Shown: positions 15,596-25,403, counted from the stretch's first letter. The stretch: DNA of 55,024 bases from Minisyncoccota bacterium (GCA_937975855.1 CALJTT010000010.1:1-55024); one strand, 5' to 3'. The notes: generated by a model from the sequence alone, not told the origin. Made by a program: numbers and translations.

Positions 15596-16225
15596 ATGTT
15601 CGATGCAAATTCAGCTGCTCCTCGCGAGAAGTTGTTGTCCCTGATGGACTTTGTTGAGTTCATTAATTTGTTTCGGTCTGTAAGGCGGACTATTTGGTAC
15701 AAAGGGAGTGATCACGTAGAACTAGACGGTGACCACTCGTTCCAGGTTGCCATGGTTGCTTGGTTCGTAAACTGCCGTTTCGAGCTTGGCCTAAGCACAG
15801 ATCGTCTCATTAGGTATGCACTTGTGCACGACGTACCTGAGGTTTACGCGTTTGATACTCCCAATTTCCTGCGCCCTGGCCCAGTTCAACTGGAAATGTT
15901 TAGTAAGGATGAGTATGAAGGTGCTGCACGCGTTGCCATTCAACAGCAGTGGGGAGATAGGTTCCCTGAACTGTTGAAAGCTATGGATGAGTACGAAGCT
16001 GGTGACGACGAAGAGTCCAAACTGATCTGTGCTCTTGAAAAAATTCTTGCAGTCATAAATATCTACCAGGATGATGGTCGCACATGGCAAAAGCTGGAAA
16101 TAAAATTGGATGAAGCTCTAGACTTTCAGGAGCGTCGTCTTTCAAAACATCCGTTAGTCTCAGAGTTGTGGCAAGAGTTAAAAAAGATTCTGGTTGAATG
16201 CCCGCAGTTGTTCCACCAAAAGTGA
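15596..16225 (+). CDS. HD-domain phosphohydrolase (YfbR-like 5'-deoxynucleotidase candidate)
   Basis: 209 aa. H...HD metal motif (DHSFQVAMVAW ... ALVHDVPEVYAFD). A strong AGGAGGA Shine-Dalgarno lies upstream. Confidence 0.72.
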   Translation: MFDANSAAPREKLLSLMDFVEFINLFRSVRRTIWYKGSDHVELDGDHSFQVAMVAWFVNCRFELGLSTDRLIRYALVHDVPEVYAFDTPNFLRPGPVQLEMFSKDEYEGAARVAIQQQWGDRFPELLKAMDEYEAGDDEESKLICALEKILAVINIYQDDGRTWQKLEIKLDEALDFQERRLSKHPLVSELWQELKKILVECPQLFHQK

Positions 16226-16257
16226 AAAAGCCGGTCCGGTGGATCGGCTTTTTTTGT
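16226..16257 (+). terminator. Rho-independent terminator after the HD gene
   Basis: AAAAAGCCGGTCC-ggtg-GATCGGCTTTTTTT. Confidence 0.7.
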
Positions 16258-16273
16258 TTGCTATTATAGTGGA

Positions 16274-17347
16274 ATGAGTATTCGTTCTTTCGTATTGTTC
16301 GCTTCACGCAATTGGCTCACAGTGGCTTTTATTGCGGGGTTTGTGACGGACTTGATTTTGCTCAATCGGATCGACGACGTGATCGACAATGTGATATTGG
16401 CGGCGTACGCCTTGCTTGCAACTTTTTCTATTCTTGTATTTTACGCTGGCACGGCTGAGCGCTTTGGGATGACGGTGTCGCGACTGGTTGTAAAGAATGC
16501 TCCGATTCTGATGCAGTACGCGTTTGGTGGATTGCTCTCGGGGATGCTTATTTTTTATGGGCGTAGTGGCGACTGGGTGGCGAGTGCGCCGTTCATGCTT
16601 CTGATACTTGGTGTGATCGTTGGTAACGAGTTATTCGAGAAACGGTCAGAGTTGCTGGTATGGCAGCTGACGGTTTATTTCATTGGAATTTTTTCCTACG
16701 CGCTATTGATAGTCCCAGTGATTTTAGGAAAGACTGGTGACGGGATCTTTATTCTCAGTGGACTGCTAGCCTTGATGGTGTTTGCGTTCGTGGTGCAGAT
16801 TTTGTATCGCATCATTCCAAACTTTCTATCTAAAAGTATTCGCAAGCTGATTTTTATAATCGGTACTTTGTATATCGGGATGTCGAGTCTCTACTTCTTT
16901 AACTTGATCCCACCGATTCCTTTGTCACTGACCGAGCTCGACATCGTCGAGTCGGTGTATCGCGACAACGACGGCAACTATCGCATTACGGACGAAGCGC
17001 AGGCCTGGTACCGAATACTGCCTTTTGTGGATGACGTTATGAATCCTGACGGTTCGACGATTGGATGTTTTGCGAGAGTGTACGCTCCAACCAGACTCGA
17101 GACCAAGATCTTCCATCGTTGGGAATATTACGACGCCGACATAGGCTGGCGTGAGGTCTTTCGGTTTGGCTATCCGATCACCGGTGAGAACAGCGGCGGG
17201 TATCGTGGCTACACAATCCTCGACAGTTTCTCTGACGGACTGTGGCGGTGTGGGGTAGAGAACGAGCGCGGGCAAGTACTGGGTCGCACAGTAGTGCGTA
17301 TAGACTCGACCAAACGAGGTGGAGGATCCGTGACAAGGATTGAATAG
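16274..17347 (+). CDS. Polytopic membrane protein with DUF2914-like C-terminal domain
   Basis: 357 aa. About 7 predicted TM helices, then a soluble beta-rich C-terminus (GYRGYTILDSFSDGLWRCGVENERGQVLGRTVVRI). Confidence 0.68.
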   Translation: MSIRSFVLFASRNWLTVAFIAGFVTDLILLNRIDDVIDNVILAAYALLATFSILVFYAGTAERFGMTVSRLVVKNAPILMQYAFGGLLSGMLIFYGRSGDWVASAPFMLLILGVIVGNELFEKRSELLVWQLTVYFIGIFSYALLIVPVILGKTGDGIFILSGLLALMVFAFVVQILYRIIPNFLSKSIRKLIFIIGTLYIGMSSLYFFNLIPPIPLSLTELDIVESVYRDNDGNYRITDEAQAWYRILPFVDDVMNPDGSTIGCFARVYAPTRLETKIFHRWEYYDADIGWREVFRFGYPITGENSGGYRGYTILDSFSDGLWRCGVENERGQVLGRTVVRIDSTKRGGGSVTRIE

Positions 17348-17367
17348 TTCGTTACAGTAGCAACACT

Positions 17368-19068
17368 ATGCAAGCTGCTTTGCGACAGGAGATTATTGAT
17401 GTGCTAAAACAACTCGATCTACCCGAGATTGAATTTGTCGTAGACTATCCAACAGATAAAAACGCCGGGGCGGATTTTTTTTCAAATGTCGCGCTGGTTT
17501 TAAGTAAACAAGTTGGGAAAAATCCACGTGAAGTGGCGGAACAAATTTGCGCTGCGCTTGAAGGCAAGATCGACCAGGTTGAATCAATCGAAGTCGCCGG
17601 GCCGGGATTTTTGAACTTCGTTGCCCATCGCGATTTTTTTACCACCAGTATGGCACAAGTTTTGGCGTCAGGTGATCAGTGGGGGAAGAATGATTCTTGG
17701 CAGGACAAGGTTGTGATTGTTGAGTACACCGACCCGAATCCGTTTAAAGAATTACACATCGGACATATCGTACCGAATGCCTTAGGTGAGTCTTTGGCGC
17801 GATTATTTATGATGAGTGGTGCAGACACTCGTCGGGTCACGTTTCAAGGTGACGTAGGAATGCACGTGGCCAAGGCGATCTATGGACTACAGCAACTGGG
17901 TGCGACCGTAGAGACAATCGACGCGGCATTGTTGGGACAAGCTTATGCTGCCGGTTCGCAGGCGTTTGATTCTTCAGAAGAGATTCAGGTCGAAATCAAA
18001 GCGCTGAACAAAAGCATCTATCACAAAAGTGACGAGGCTGTGAATCAGCTGTACGACAAGGGTAAGCAAGTCTCGCTTGAGTATTTTGAACAAGCGTATG
18101 AAGTTTTAGGTTCAGAGTTTGAGCACAACTTTTTTGAAAGCGTGACGGGACCAGTCGGGAAGAAGCTGGTCGAGGCGCACATCGGTGATGTGTTTACAGA
18201 GAGTAAAGGTGCAGTTATTTTTGAAGGTGAAGAGCACGGTCTGCATACTCGAGTATTTATAAATAACGAAGGTCTGCCAACTTACGAAACCAAAGACGTT
18301 GGTTTGATTCAGTGTAAGGAGGACTGGAGTAAAGAAGTAACCGGCAAATCTTTCGATCACACAATCACCGTCACAGGGACTGAGCAGCAGGAATATTTTA
18401 AAGTCACCACCAAAGCCAGTACGCTCATCCAGCCAGAGTTAGCAGGGAAGGTAGAGCTTGTTCCCAACGGCATGTTGCGTCTGTCCGAAGGAAAGATGTC
18501 TTCACGAACAGGGGATGTTATTCGCGCCTTGTCCTTGGTTGAAGACGTAAAGCAGGCGGCGCTTGAACGCATGCGGGAAAACAGTGTGATCGACGATGAG
18601 AAAGTCGCCGAGCAAGTGGCAGTAGCAGCGATCAAATACACCATTCTAAAAATAGCCGCGGGGAAGGATATTGTCTTTGACTTAAAAAAATCGATATCGT
18701 TTGAAGGCGACTCCGGTCCATATCTTCAATACACTTACGCTCGGATTAAAAGTGTGCTCGAAAAAGCGGCCCAGGCTGGCGTCGTGCCGGACACAACTAA
18801 CGCACCAGTCGCCTCGTACACAGTAGAGAAACTGGTCGAGCGATTTCCGTCAGTGATCGAAATGGCGCTGACCGAACGAGCGCCGCATCATGTTGTCACG
18901 TATTTGACTGAGCTCGCCTCAGAATTCAACTCTTTTTATGCGGCCGAAAAAATCGCTGACGTAAGTGACAAGTTTGCACCATATAAAGCTGCAGTTGCAG
19001 GGGCGGTTGCAGTTACTCTCAAACAAGGTCTTTGGGTGCTTGGTATAAAAGCGCCAGAACGGATGTAA
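17368..19068 (+). CDS. argS: Arginyl-tRNA synthetase
   Basis: 566 aa. HIGH-type motif (PFKELHIGHI), an ArgRS N-terminal additional domain, and a DALR anticodon-binding C-terminus ending in RM. Confidence 0.93.
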   Translation: MQAALRQEIIDVLKQLDLPEIEFVVDYPTDKNAGADFFSNVALVLSKQVGKNPREVAEQICAALEGKIDQVESIEVAGPGFLNFVAHRDFFTTSMAQVLASGDQWGKNDSWQDKVVIVEYTDPNPFKELHIGHIVPNALGESLARLFMMSGADTRRVTFQGDVGMHVAKAIYGLQQLGATVETIDAALLGQAYAAGSQAFDSSEEIQVEIKALNKSIYHKSDEAVNQLYDKGKQVSLEYFEQAYEVLGSEFEHNFFESVTGPVGKKLVEAHIGDVFTESKGAVIFEGEEHGLHTRVFINNEGLPTYETKDVGLIQCKEDWSKEVTGKSFDHTITVTGTEQQEYFKVTTKASTLIQPELAGKVELVPNGMLRLSEGKMSSRTGDVIRALSLVEDVKQAALERMRENSVIDDEKVAEQVAVAAIKYTILKIAAGKDIVFDLKKSISFEGDSGPYLQYTYARIKSVLEKAAQAGVVPDTTNAPVASYTVEKLVERFPSVIEMALTERAPHHVVTYLTELASEFNSFYAAEKIADVSDKFAPYKAAVAGAVAVTLKQGLWVLGIKAPERM

Positions 19069-19211
19069 TTAACCGATATTTATAAATGATTGTCCCCATT
19101 CCTTTGTAGTGCTTAGTTGAGAGTTACGTATTATCATATTGACCATGAGTAGTGGCATGTGTTTTCAGGCAACTGAACTATAATATAAGTATTAAAATAA
19201 TTTACGTTTAT

Positions 19212-20129
19212 ATGAACTTTAAGAACTTTTCATTTTTAATAGCTGGCGTTGTGCTCGCTGGTGCAGGTGCAGTTTATGCTGCTGCACCGTCAGGTGGGTA
19301 TGCACCGAACGCAACTCTAGATCCAGATTGTGCGCCTGGCGATGTTGATTGTTTTGTTAGTGCTACATCTACTGGTTCAGCTTGGAATAACGCTGACGGT
19401 TCTACAGCTGATGAGACTGGAAATATCAATTATACTGCCGGGCGAGTGACTCTTGGGGCGGTTGCAGGAGCAGTTGGTCATTTTAATGTTTATTCTCCAG
19501 CAGCTTCAGGTACTCCAAATATAGTTCTGGTAGATAACTCCGGGGGAGGTAATGCTGCCGCTGTGTCTGCATGGAAAACAGGACTTGGTTTTTGGGATTC
19601 TTCAGGTGATGCAGCAGCAGGTGTTGATCCAGATATGTACATAGGGATGCCAGGATATGTTGGTATTGGCACCGCATCACCTGAAGCAATTTTTGAGGTA
19701 GATGACGAAGGTATTACTTATCAGATAGCGGGAGCTTCTGCTGCTGATGGAAGAGGTTTTGTTATTAATGTTGATTCAGCACGTACTCCTGCCGGATGGG
19801 CACGAGGACTTACGTCGACTGTCGATGGTGTAAGTACAGCTCGATTTGGCATCAGAGGTGTCGGATCTACTACTAATTATGCTTTTATATCTGGTGATAA
19901 CACCCGTGCCTCAGTCAACAATGCGGACCTCGTAGTTCGTTCAGACACAGGAAATGTTGGTATTGGTGGTAAAGTGAATCCTGACGCCAAATTAGAAGTA
20001 GGGGGGTCAATAATAGTTGGTGATGGTGGAGAAACTTGTGATGGTGCAGTCCAAGGTGCTATCAAATACAACGCTGCTACAAACAAACACCAAGGTTGTG
20101 ACGGTACGTCCTGGAATGATCTCTACTAA
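19212..20129 (+). CDS. Secreted Gly/Ala/Asp-rich protein with Cys-bracketed C-terminal motif
   Basis: Signal peptide MNFKNFSFLIAGVVLAGAGAVYA after trimming to the ATG at 19212. The C-terminus reads GETCDGAVQGAIKYNAATNKHQGCDGTSWNDLY. Confidence 0.65.
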   Translation: MNFKNFSFLIAGVVLAGAGAVYAAAPSGGYAPNATLDPDCAPGDVDCFVSATSTGSAWNNADGSTADETGNINYTAGRVTLGAVAGAVGHFNVYSPAASGTPNIVLVDNSGGGNAAAVSAWKTGLGFWDSSGDAAAGVDPDMYIGMPGYVGIGTASPEAIFEVDDEGITYQIAGASAADGRGFVINVDSARTPAGWARGLTSTVDGVSTARFGIRGVGSTTNYAFISGDNTRASVNNADLVVRSDTGNVGIGGKVNPDAKLEVGGSIIVGDGGETCDGAVQGAIKYNAATNKHQGCDGTSWNDLY

Positions 20130-20175
20130 GTAGTTTAACTAAGAAGTTAATTTATAAATTAAATTTTTCCTAGTT

Positions 20176-21714
20176 ATGAAACTACAGAAAATTCTCTTGC
20201 TGGCGGCTCTGGTTTTCTCGGGTAACGTTGCTTTTGCAGCACCGATAGACGCAACCGACCACTGGGCATGGGGGGAGGTATTAGGTTGGGTTAACTGGTT
20301 GCCAGCCAACACAACAGCGATCGATGTGACCGACACGAACATTACTGGTCAGATCTGGTCACAAAACCACGGCTGGATAAACTTGCAGCCAACGAACGCG
20401 GGTGTAACGAACACTTGTTCAGGTGATGTCAGTGGTTACGCTTGGGGTGAGAAAGTTGGTTACATCAATTTTGATGGAGTATCAATCGATCCTTCAACCG
20501 GAATCTTTTCCGGGACAGCGGCTGCGCCAGGTGGTTATGGTGACATCGTTTTTACGGGAACAAACATTGCGGTAAAAACTGACTGGAGATGTACTTCAAA
20601 TAGTGGAGGCTCTACCACTCGTGTAGGTAGCCGTAGCTCAAGCCCGAGCAATACTTCACCAGCACAAGATTCTGACAACGACGGTCTGACTGATGAAGAA
20701 GAAATCAACGACACAGGCACCGACCCATTTGACCCAGACACCGACGATGATGGTCTAGAGGACGGAGAAGAAGTTGACGAGCACGACACTGATCCGACGG
20801 ACCCAGACACTGACGGTGGTGGTATCAACGATGGCCAGGAAGTGAATCAGGGAACAGATCCTCTTGATGACGATAACGAGACTCTCACCGGGCCGGACTC
20901 TGACAACGACGGTTTGTCTGACGCAGCAGAAATTGCCATCGGTTCTGACCCAAACGATCCTGACTCTGACAACGACGGTCTAGACGACGGGGCCGAGGTC
21001 ATGCAGTACGGTACTGACCCGACTGACAAAGATACAGACAACGACGGTCTGACAGATGGTGACGAAGCAAACAGTCACCGAACTGATCCAAACGATCCTG
21101 ATACCGATGATGGTGGAATCAAGGACGGACAGGAAGTTAGTCAAGGTACAGACCCGCTAGACAAAGGTAACGAAGAGCGAGTTGTACGTTTAGTTACAAC
21201 TACGCCAGCAACAGAGTGTCCGTACTTCACTCAACACATGCGTGTAGGTGATCGAGACGGACAAATTGGTTCTTCAGCCCAAGAGGTGGGTGTTCCACCA
21301 ACTATCAACGAGGTTGCTAAGTTGCAACAAGTTCTCAAAGATCAAGGTCACTACGATGGACCGGTCACAGGTTACTTTGGTCCATTGACTAAAGTGGCGG
21401 TAAATAGTTGGCAGGTACAACACCGTCCGCAAGTACTTGATCCATGGAACCTAAGTGGACCGACGGGCTGGTTCTACAAGTCTTCAGAGCGGTGGATGAA
21501 CGAACTTCTCAACTGCCCAGACTCAGTGACATTAGATACCGGGTTATTCCTGCCAGCGGGGACGAATGCTGTCAGTTCATCAAACACTTTGGTGCCGCCG
21601 ACAATCCCAGCTGACCTAGACAGTTTGTCAGAAGGAGAGCGGTCAACTCTAATGGCCACACTACGAACATTCATCCAAGTCTTGCAAAAAAGACTAGCTG
21701 AATTGACTGGTTAG
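20176..21714 (+). CDS. Secreted protein with Trp-rich N-terminal repeats, thrombospondin type-3 (calcium-binding) repeats and a C-terminal peptidoglycan-binding domain
   Basis: 512 aa with a signal peptide. Three W-x-x-x-x-G-W/Y-I/V-N-F/W/L units. Seven DxDxDGxxDxxE units ([24 protein letters not shown], and others). PG_binding_1-like [19 protein letters not shown]. Confidence 0.8.
   Translation: MKLQKILLLAALVFSGNVAFAAPIDATDHWAWGEVLGWVNWLPANTTAIDVTDTNITGQIWSQNHGWINLQPTNAGVTNTCSGDVSGYAWGEKVGYINFDGVSIDPSTGIFSGTAAAPGGYGDIVFTGTNIAVKTDWRCTSNSGGSTTRVGSRSSSPSNTSPAQDSDNDGLTDEEEINDTGTDPFDPDTDDDGLEDGEEVDEHDTDPTDPDTDGGGINDGQEVNQGTDPLDDDNETLTGPDSDNDGLSDAAEIAIGSDPNDPDSDNDGLDDGAEVMQYGTDPTDKDTDNDGLTDGDEANSHRTDPNDPDTDDGGIKDGQEVSQGTDPLDKGNEERVVRLVTTTPATECPYFTQHMRVGDRDGQIGSSAQEVGVPPTINEVAKLQQVLKDQGHYDGPVTGYFGPLTKVAVNSWQVQHRPQVLDPWNLSGPTGWFYKSSERWMNELLNCPDSVTLDTGLFLPAGTNAVSSSNTLVPPTIPADLDSLSEGERSTLMATLRTFIQVLQKRLAELTG
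20668..21170 (+). repeat. Intragenic tandem TSP3-type repeats (about seven units)
   Basis: Recurring nucleotide core GA(C/T)(T/A)C(T/A)GACAACGACGGT encoding D-S/T-D-N-D-G. Confidence 0.8.
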
Positions 21715-21735
21715 GAAGAATTGAAGAGGAAGACA

Positions 21736-21762
21736 AAAAAACACCCGCGGGTGTTTTTTGTT
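21736..21762 (+). terminator. Rho-independent terminator
   Basis: AAAAAAACACCCGCGGGTGTTTTTTG. Confidence 0.72.
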
Positions 21763-21864
21763 TTGTAGCATAAAAAATCATGCTACGATTCACAGGTGGC
21801 CTGATACGTCACTTGTGTTGCGAGAAATTGCAACGCTATGTCTGATATACATAACTAATTTCAT

Positions 21865-24800
21865 ATGAATAAAAAAATGCATGGTCGTGAAAACGATAGT
21901 GTCGAAGTTGTAGATGTAGTAGAAAAGAGTGACGTTGCCCTGCGCGAAGAGGTTATTCTAGAATTCTGGCGTGAGCAGGATATTTTTAATAAAAGTGTGA
22001 TGGTGCCAGCCGGTGAATCACCTAAAAGGGATTTTGTATTTTACGACGGACCACCGTTTGCGACAGGTTTGCCGCACTACGGCCATATTTTGGCTGGAAC
22101 AATCAAGGACGCAATTCCGCGATTTTGGACAATGAACGGCTACCGTGTGCGCCGCAAGTGGGGGTGGGACTGTCATGGATTGCCGTTGGAGAATCTGATT
22201 GAAAAGAAGCTTGGCCTAGCGACTAAGCGCGATATCGAAGAGTACGGCGTACAGAACTTTAATGAGCAAGCGCGTGGGGCAGTAATGGAATACGCTGATG
22301 ACTGGAAACAAATCATCCCCCGTATGGGACGGTGGGCTGACATGGATAACGACTACAAGACCATGGACAGCACCTACACCGAGAGTGTGTGGTGGGTGTT
22401 CAAGCAGCTCCATGAAAAAGGTTTAGTATTTGAAGGATTCAAAACCATGCACCTGTGTCCACGCTGCGGGACAACTTTGAGTAACTTTGAGGTGAACCAG
22501 GGGTACAAAGATATCAAAGACATTGCGGTGACGGTGCCACTAAAACTAGTCGACGATGCCGACGACGCGTCGTTGTTAGTCTGGACTACAACACCGTGGA
22601 CTCTGCCAGGAAACTTGGCAGCGGCTGTGAACCAAGAGTTTGTTTACGTTAAAGTTCGAGTTACGCTGGATGGAAAAGAATGGGTGGTTATTTTGGCCAA
22701 AGAACGCTTGGCTCAATTAGGTGCGGAAGAATACGAGGTCATTGGCGAGATGAAGGGAAGTGATTTGGTCGGTAAAAAATACGAACCACCATTTCCATGG
22801 ATGGGCGAGCAGGATTTTGAAGGGAAGGAGAACGCCTGGCAAATTCTTCATGCGGACTATGTTGAAATCGGTACCGACGGAACTGGTGCTGTTCACATCG
22901 CTCCGGCGTTTGGTGAAGACGATATGATTTTGGCCAAAGAGCACGGTGTGCCGATTGTGCACCACGTTGACAATACCGGACATTTTAAAGATTGGGTGAC
23001 GGATTTTGCAGGTCAACTCGTTAAACCAAAAGACGACGACGAGTCTGGTGTTAGTCACCTCGATGCCGATATTGAAGTAGTCAAAGCTCTGAAAGCCGCT
23101 GGAAAATTATTCAAGAAAGAAAACATCACCCACAGTTATCCGCATTGCTGGCGGTGTGACACTCCACTGCTTAACTATGCGACGACGTCGTGGTTTGTAG
23201 ATGTGCCAAGCATCAAAGACCAGCTGGTCGCAAATAATGACAAGGTAAAGTGGGTGCCGGAACACGTCGGAACAAATCGCTTTGGCAAGTGGCTGGAAGG
23301 AGCTCGCGACTGGGCGGTGTCACGACAGCGTTACTGGGGAGCGCCGCTGCCGATTTGGAAGAATCCCGAAACCAAAGAATACAAAGTGATGGGGAGTCTG
23401 GAAGACATGAAAGAATACGTACCAAAAAGCGGCAACCAGTACTTTGTCATGCGACATGGCGAAAGCGAGAGTAACGTCGCAGCGGTGATTAGTGCGAACA
23501 TCGACAATGATGACTCGATTACAGATACTGGAAAAGAACAAGTGCAGGAGACGGCCGCAGAATTAAAAGACAAAAAAATCGATCTCATTATCGCTTCGCC
23601 ATTTATGCGTACGCGGCAGACTGCTGAGTTGGTTCGCGACGAACTTGGGATAACCGCAGACGCGCTGGTGTTTGATGAACGGATTCGTGAATATGACTTG
23701 GCCGATGAATTTGAAGGAAAGAAGTGGCAGAGGGATTACTCTCAAGCAAACTTCGCCACCTGGGAAGAAAGATTTACCAAAGAACTGCCAGATTCAGAAA
23801 ACCGGCGTGATGTGATGAAGCGCATGGGGGAGTTCTTGTACGATGTTGAACAAACTCACAAAGGGAAGAATATTTTGATCGTTAGTCATGGTGGACCGAT
23901 AGCGACTTTGCGCGCTGTAGTGTCAGGTTGGAATATCGAACAACAAAAGGCAGACTATGACACAGATAGGTATTTCTTAAACGCACAGTGGCAGCAGTTG
24001 GATTTTGTCCCATTGCCTCACAACGACAACTACGAACTAGATTTTCATCGACCTTATATTGACGATGTTGTTTTGGAAGAAGACGGAGTAAAGCTTGAAC
24101 GCGTACCCGACGTGTTTGATTGTTGGTTTGAAAGTGGCTCGATGCCGTACGGCCAGCGACACTTTATGGGTGAGGCACAGAGTGATTTTGATCCGGAGAA
24201 TGGCGTTGGGTTACCGGCGCAGTTTATTGCTGAGGGGCTCGACCAGACTCGCGGCTGGTTCTACTCACTGATCGTGTTGGGCACTGCCTTGTTTGGCAAG
24301 TCTCCGTACGAGAATGTGATTGTAAACGGGCTCGTGTTGGCCGAAGACGGTAAGAAGATGTCAAAAAAGCTACAAAACTACCCGGACCCAATAGAACTGG
24401 CTGATCGAACGGGTGTAGACGCGATGCGATTTTATTTACTTTCTTCATCACTGATGCGAGGCGAAGATCTCAACTTCTCAGAGAAAGAAGTGCTCGAATT
24501 ACAACGAAAAAACATCGGACGACTGCACAACGTTCTCGCGATGTACGAGATATTCGCTGATGGTACCGAAGCTCGGGCTGACTCGGACCACGTGTTGGAC
24601 CGGTGGATCGTGGCGAGACTACAGCAGCTGGTAAACGAGACAACTGCTGGATACAAGTCATACGAACTCGACAAAGCGACGCGGCCAGTCACCGATTTTA
24701 TCGACGACCTATCGGTGTGGTATTTGCGGCGTAGTCGAGATCGACTAAAGAGCGACGACGAGATCGACAAGACTTTGGCGCTCGCGACTTTGCGTCATGT

Positions 24801-25401
24801 GTTGCACACGTTGTCATTAGTGATGGCGCCTGCGATGCCGTTTTATGCCGAACATCTGTGGTGTTCTGTGTGTGAAGAAGATGACGCGGAGAGCGTTCAT
24901 CTGGCTGCCTGGCCAACTGAAGGTGTGGTCGATGAATCTGTGTTGGAAAAGATGGTGGCGACTCGTGACATCGTGACGCAAGCACTCGAGGCTCGAACCA
25001 AAGCCAACATCAAAGTCCGACAGCCGATTGTGTCAGTGTCAGGACCCGAGCTGCCGGATGACTTGCAGCAGATCGTGCTCGACGAACTTAATGCAAAGTC
25101 GTATCAAACTGCAGACAACATTTCGATCGACACTAACCTCACGGATGAGCTTATTGCTGAAGGTGCTGTCCGCGAGCTGATGCGTGCGGTACAAGGAAAA
25201 CGAAAGAAAGAAGGACTAGAACCACATGACGACATTGTTTTGACAGTTCAAACTGCTGATGTTGGGAAAGGGGCGATTGAAGCGCACAAAGAATTACTCG
25301 TCAGTACTGTCGGTGCTACTGATCTACAATTTGCTGCTACTGACGGGGAAGAATTAGTTGTAGGAGATTATCAGTTTACGTTTAGCTTTGAAAAGAAATA
25401 A
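21865..25401 (+). CDS. ileS: Isoleucyl-tRNA synthetase with an internal histidine-phosphatase domain
   Basis: 1178 aa. HIGH (PHYGHILAG), CP1 editing domain (TTTPWTLPGN), Zn knuckles CPRC and CWRC, SRQRYWGAPLPIW, DCWFESGSMP and KMSKS (KKMSKK). An additional ~200-aa domain is inserted at aa ~524-722. Confidence 0.93.
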   Translation: MNKKMHGRENDSVEVVDVVEKSDVALREEVILEFWREQDIFNKSVMVPAGESPKRDFVFYDGPPFATGLPHYGHILAGTIKDAIPRFWTMNGYRVRRKWGWDCHGLPLENLIEKKLGLATKRDIEEYGVQNFNEQARGAVMEYADDWKQIIPRMGRWADMDNDYKTMDSTYTESVWWVFKQLHEKGLVFEGFKTMHLCPRCGTTLSNFEVNQGYKDIKDIAVTVPLKLVDDADDASLLVWTTTPWTLPGNLAAAVNQEFVYVKVRVTLDGKEWVVILAKERLAQLGAEEYEVIGEMKGSDLVGKKYEPPFPWMGEQDFEGKENAWQILHADYVEIGTDGTGAVHIAPAFGEDDMILAKEHGVPIVHHVDNTGHFKDWVTDFAGQLVKPKDDDESGVSHLDADIEVVKALKAAGKLFKKENITHSYPHCWRCDTPLLNYATTSWFVDVPSIKDQLVANNDKVKWVPEHVGTNRFGKWLEGARDWAVSRQRYWGAPLPIWKNPETKEYKVMGSLEDMKEYVPKSGNQYFVMRHGESESNVAAVISANIDNDDSITDTGKEQVQETAAELKDKKIDLIIASPFMRTRQTAELVRDELGITADALVFDERIREYDLADEFEGKKWQRDYSQANFATWEERFTKELPDSENRRDVMKRMGEFLYDVEQTHKGKNILIVSHGGPIATLRAVVSGWNIEQQKADYDTDRYFLNAQWQQLDFVPLPHNDNYELDFHRPYIDDVVLEEDGVKLERVPDVFDCWFESGSMPYGQRHFMGEAQSDFDPENGVGLPAQFIAEGLDQTRGWFYSLIVLGTALFGKSPYENVIVNGLVLAEDGKKMSKKLQNYPDPIELADRTGVDAMRFYLLSSSLMRGEDLNFSEKEVLELQRKNIGRLHNVLAMYEIFADGTEARADSDHVLDRWIVARLQQLVNETTAGYKSYELDKATRPVTDFIDDLSVWYLRRSRDRLKSDDEIDKTLALATLRHVLHTLSLVMAPAMPFYAEHLWCSVCEEDDAESVHLAAWPTEGVVDESVLEKMVATRDIVTQALEARTKANIKVRQPIVSVSGPELPDDLQQIVLDELNAKSYQTADNISIDTNLTDELIAEGAVRELMRAVQGKRKKEGLEPHDDIVLTVQTADVGKGAIEAHKELLVSTVGATDLQFAATDGEELVVGDYQFTFSFEKK
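23434..24030 (+). other. Histidine phosphatase (phosphoglycerate-mutase-like, branch 1) domain embedded in ileS
   Basis: YFVMRHGESESN (RHGxxxxN), ASPFMRTRQTA (second Arg) and LIVSHGGPI (second catalytic His). It is in frame and flanked on both sides by IleRS core motifs. Confidence 0.75.
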
Positions 25402-25403
25402 GT

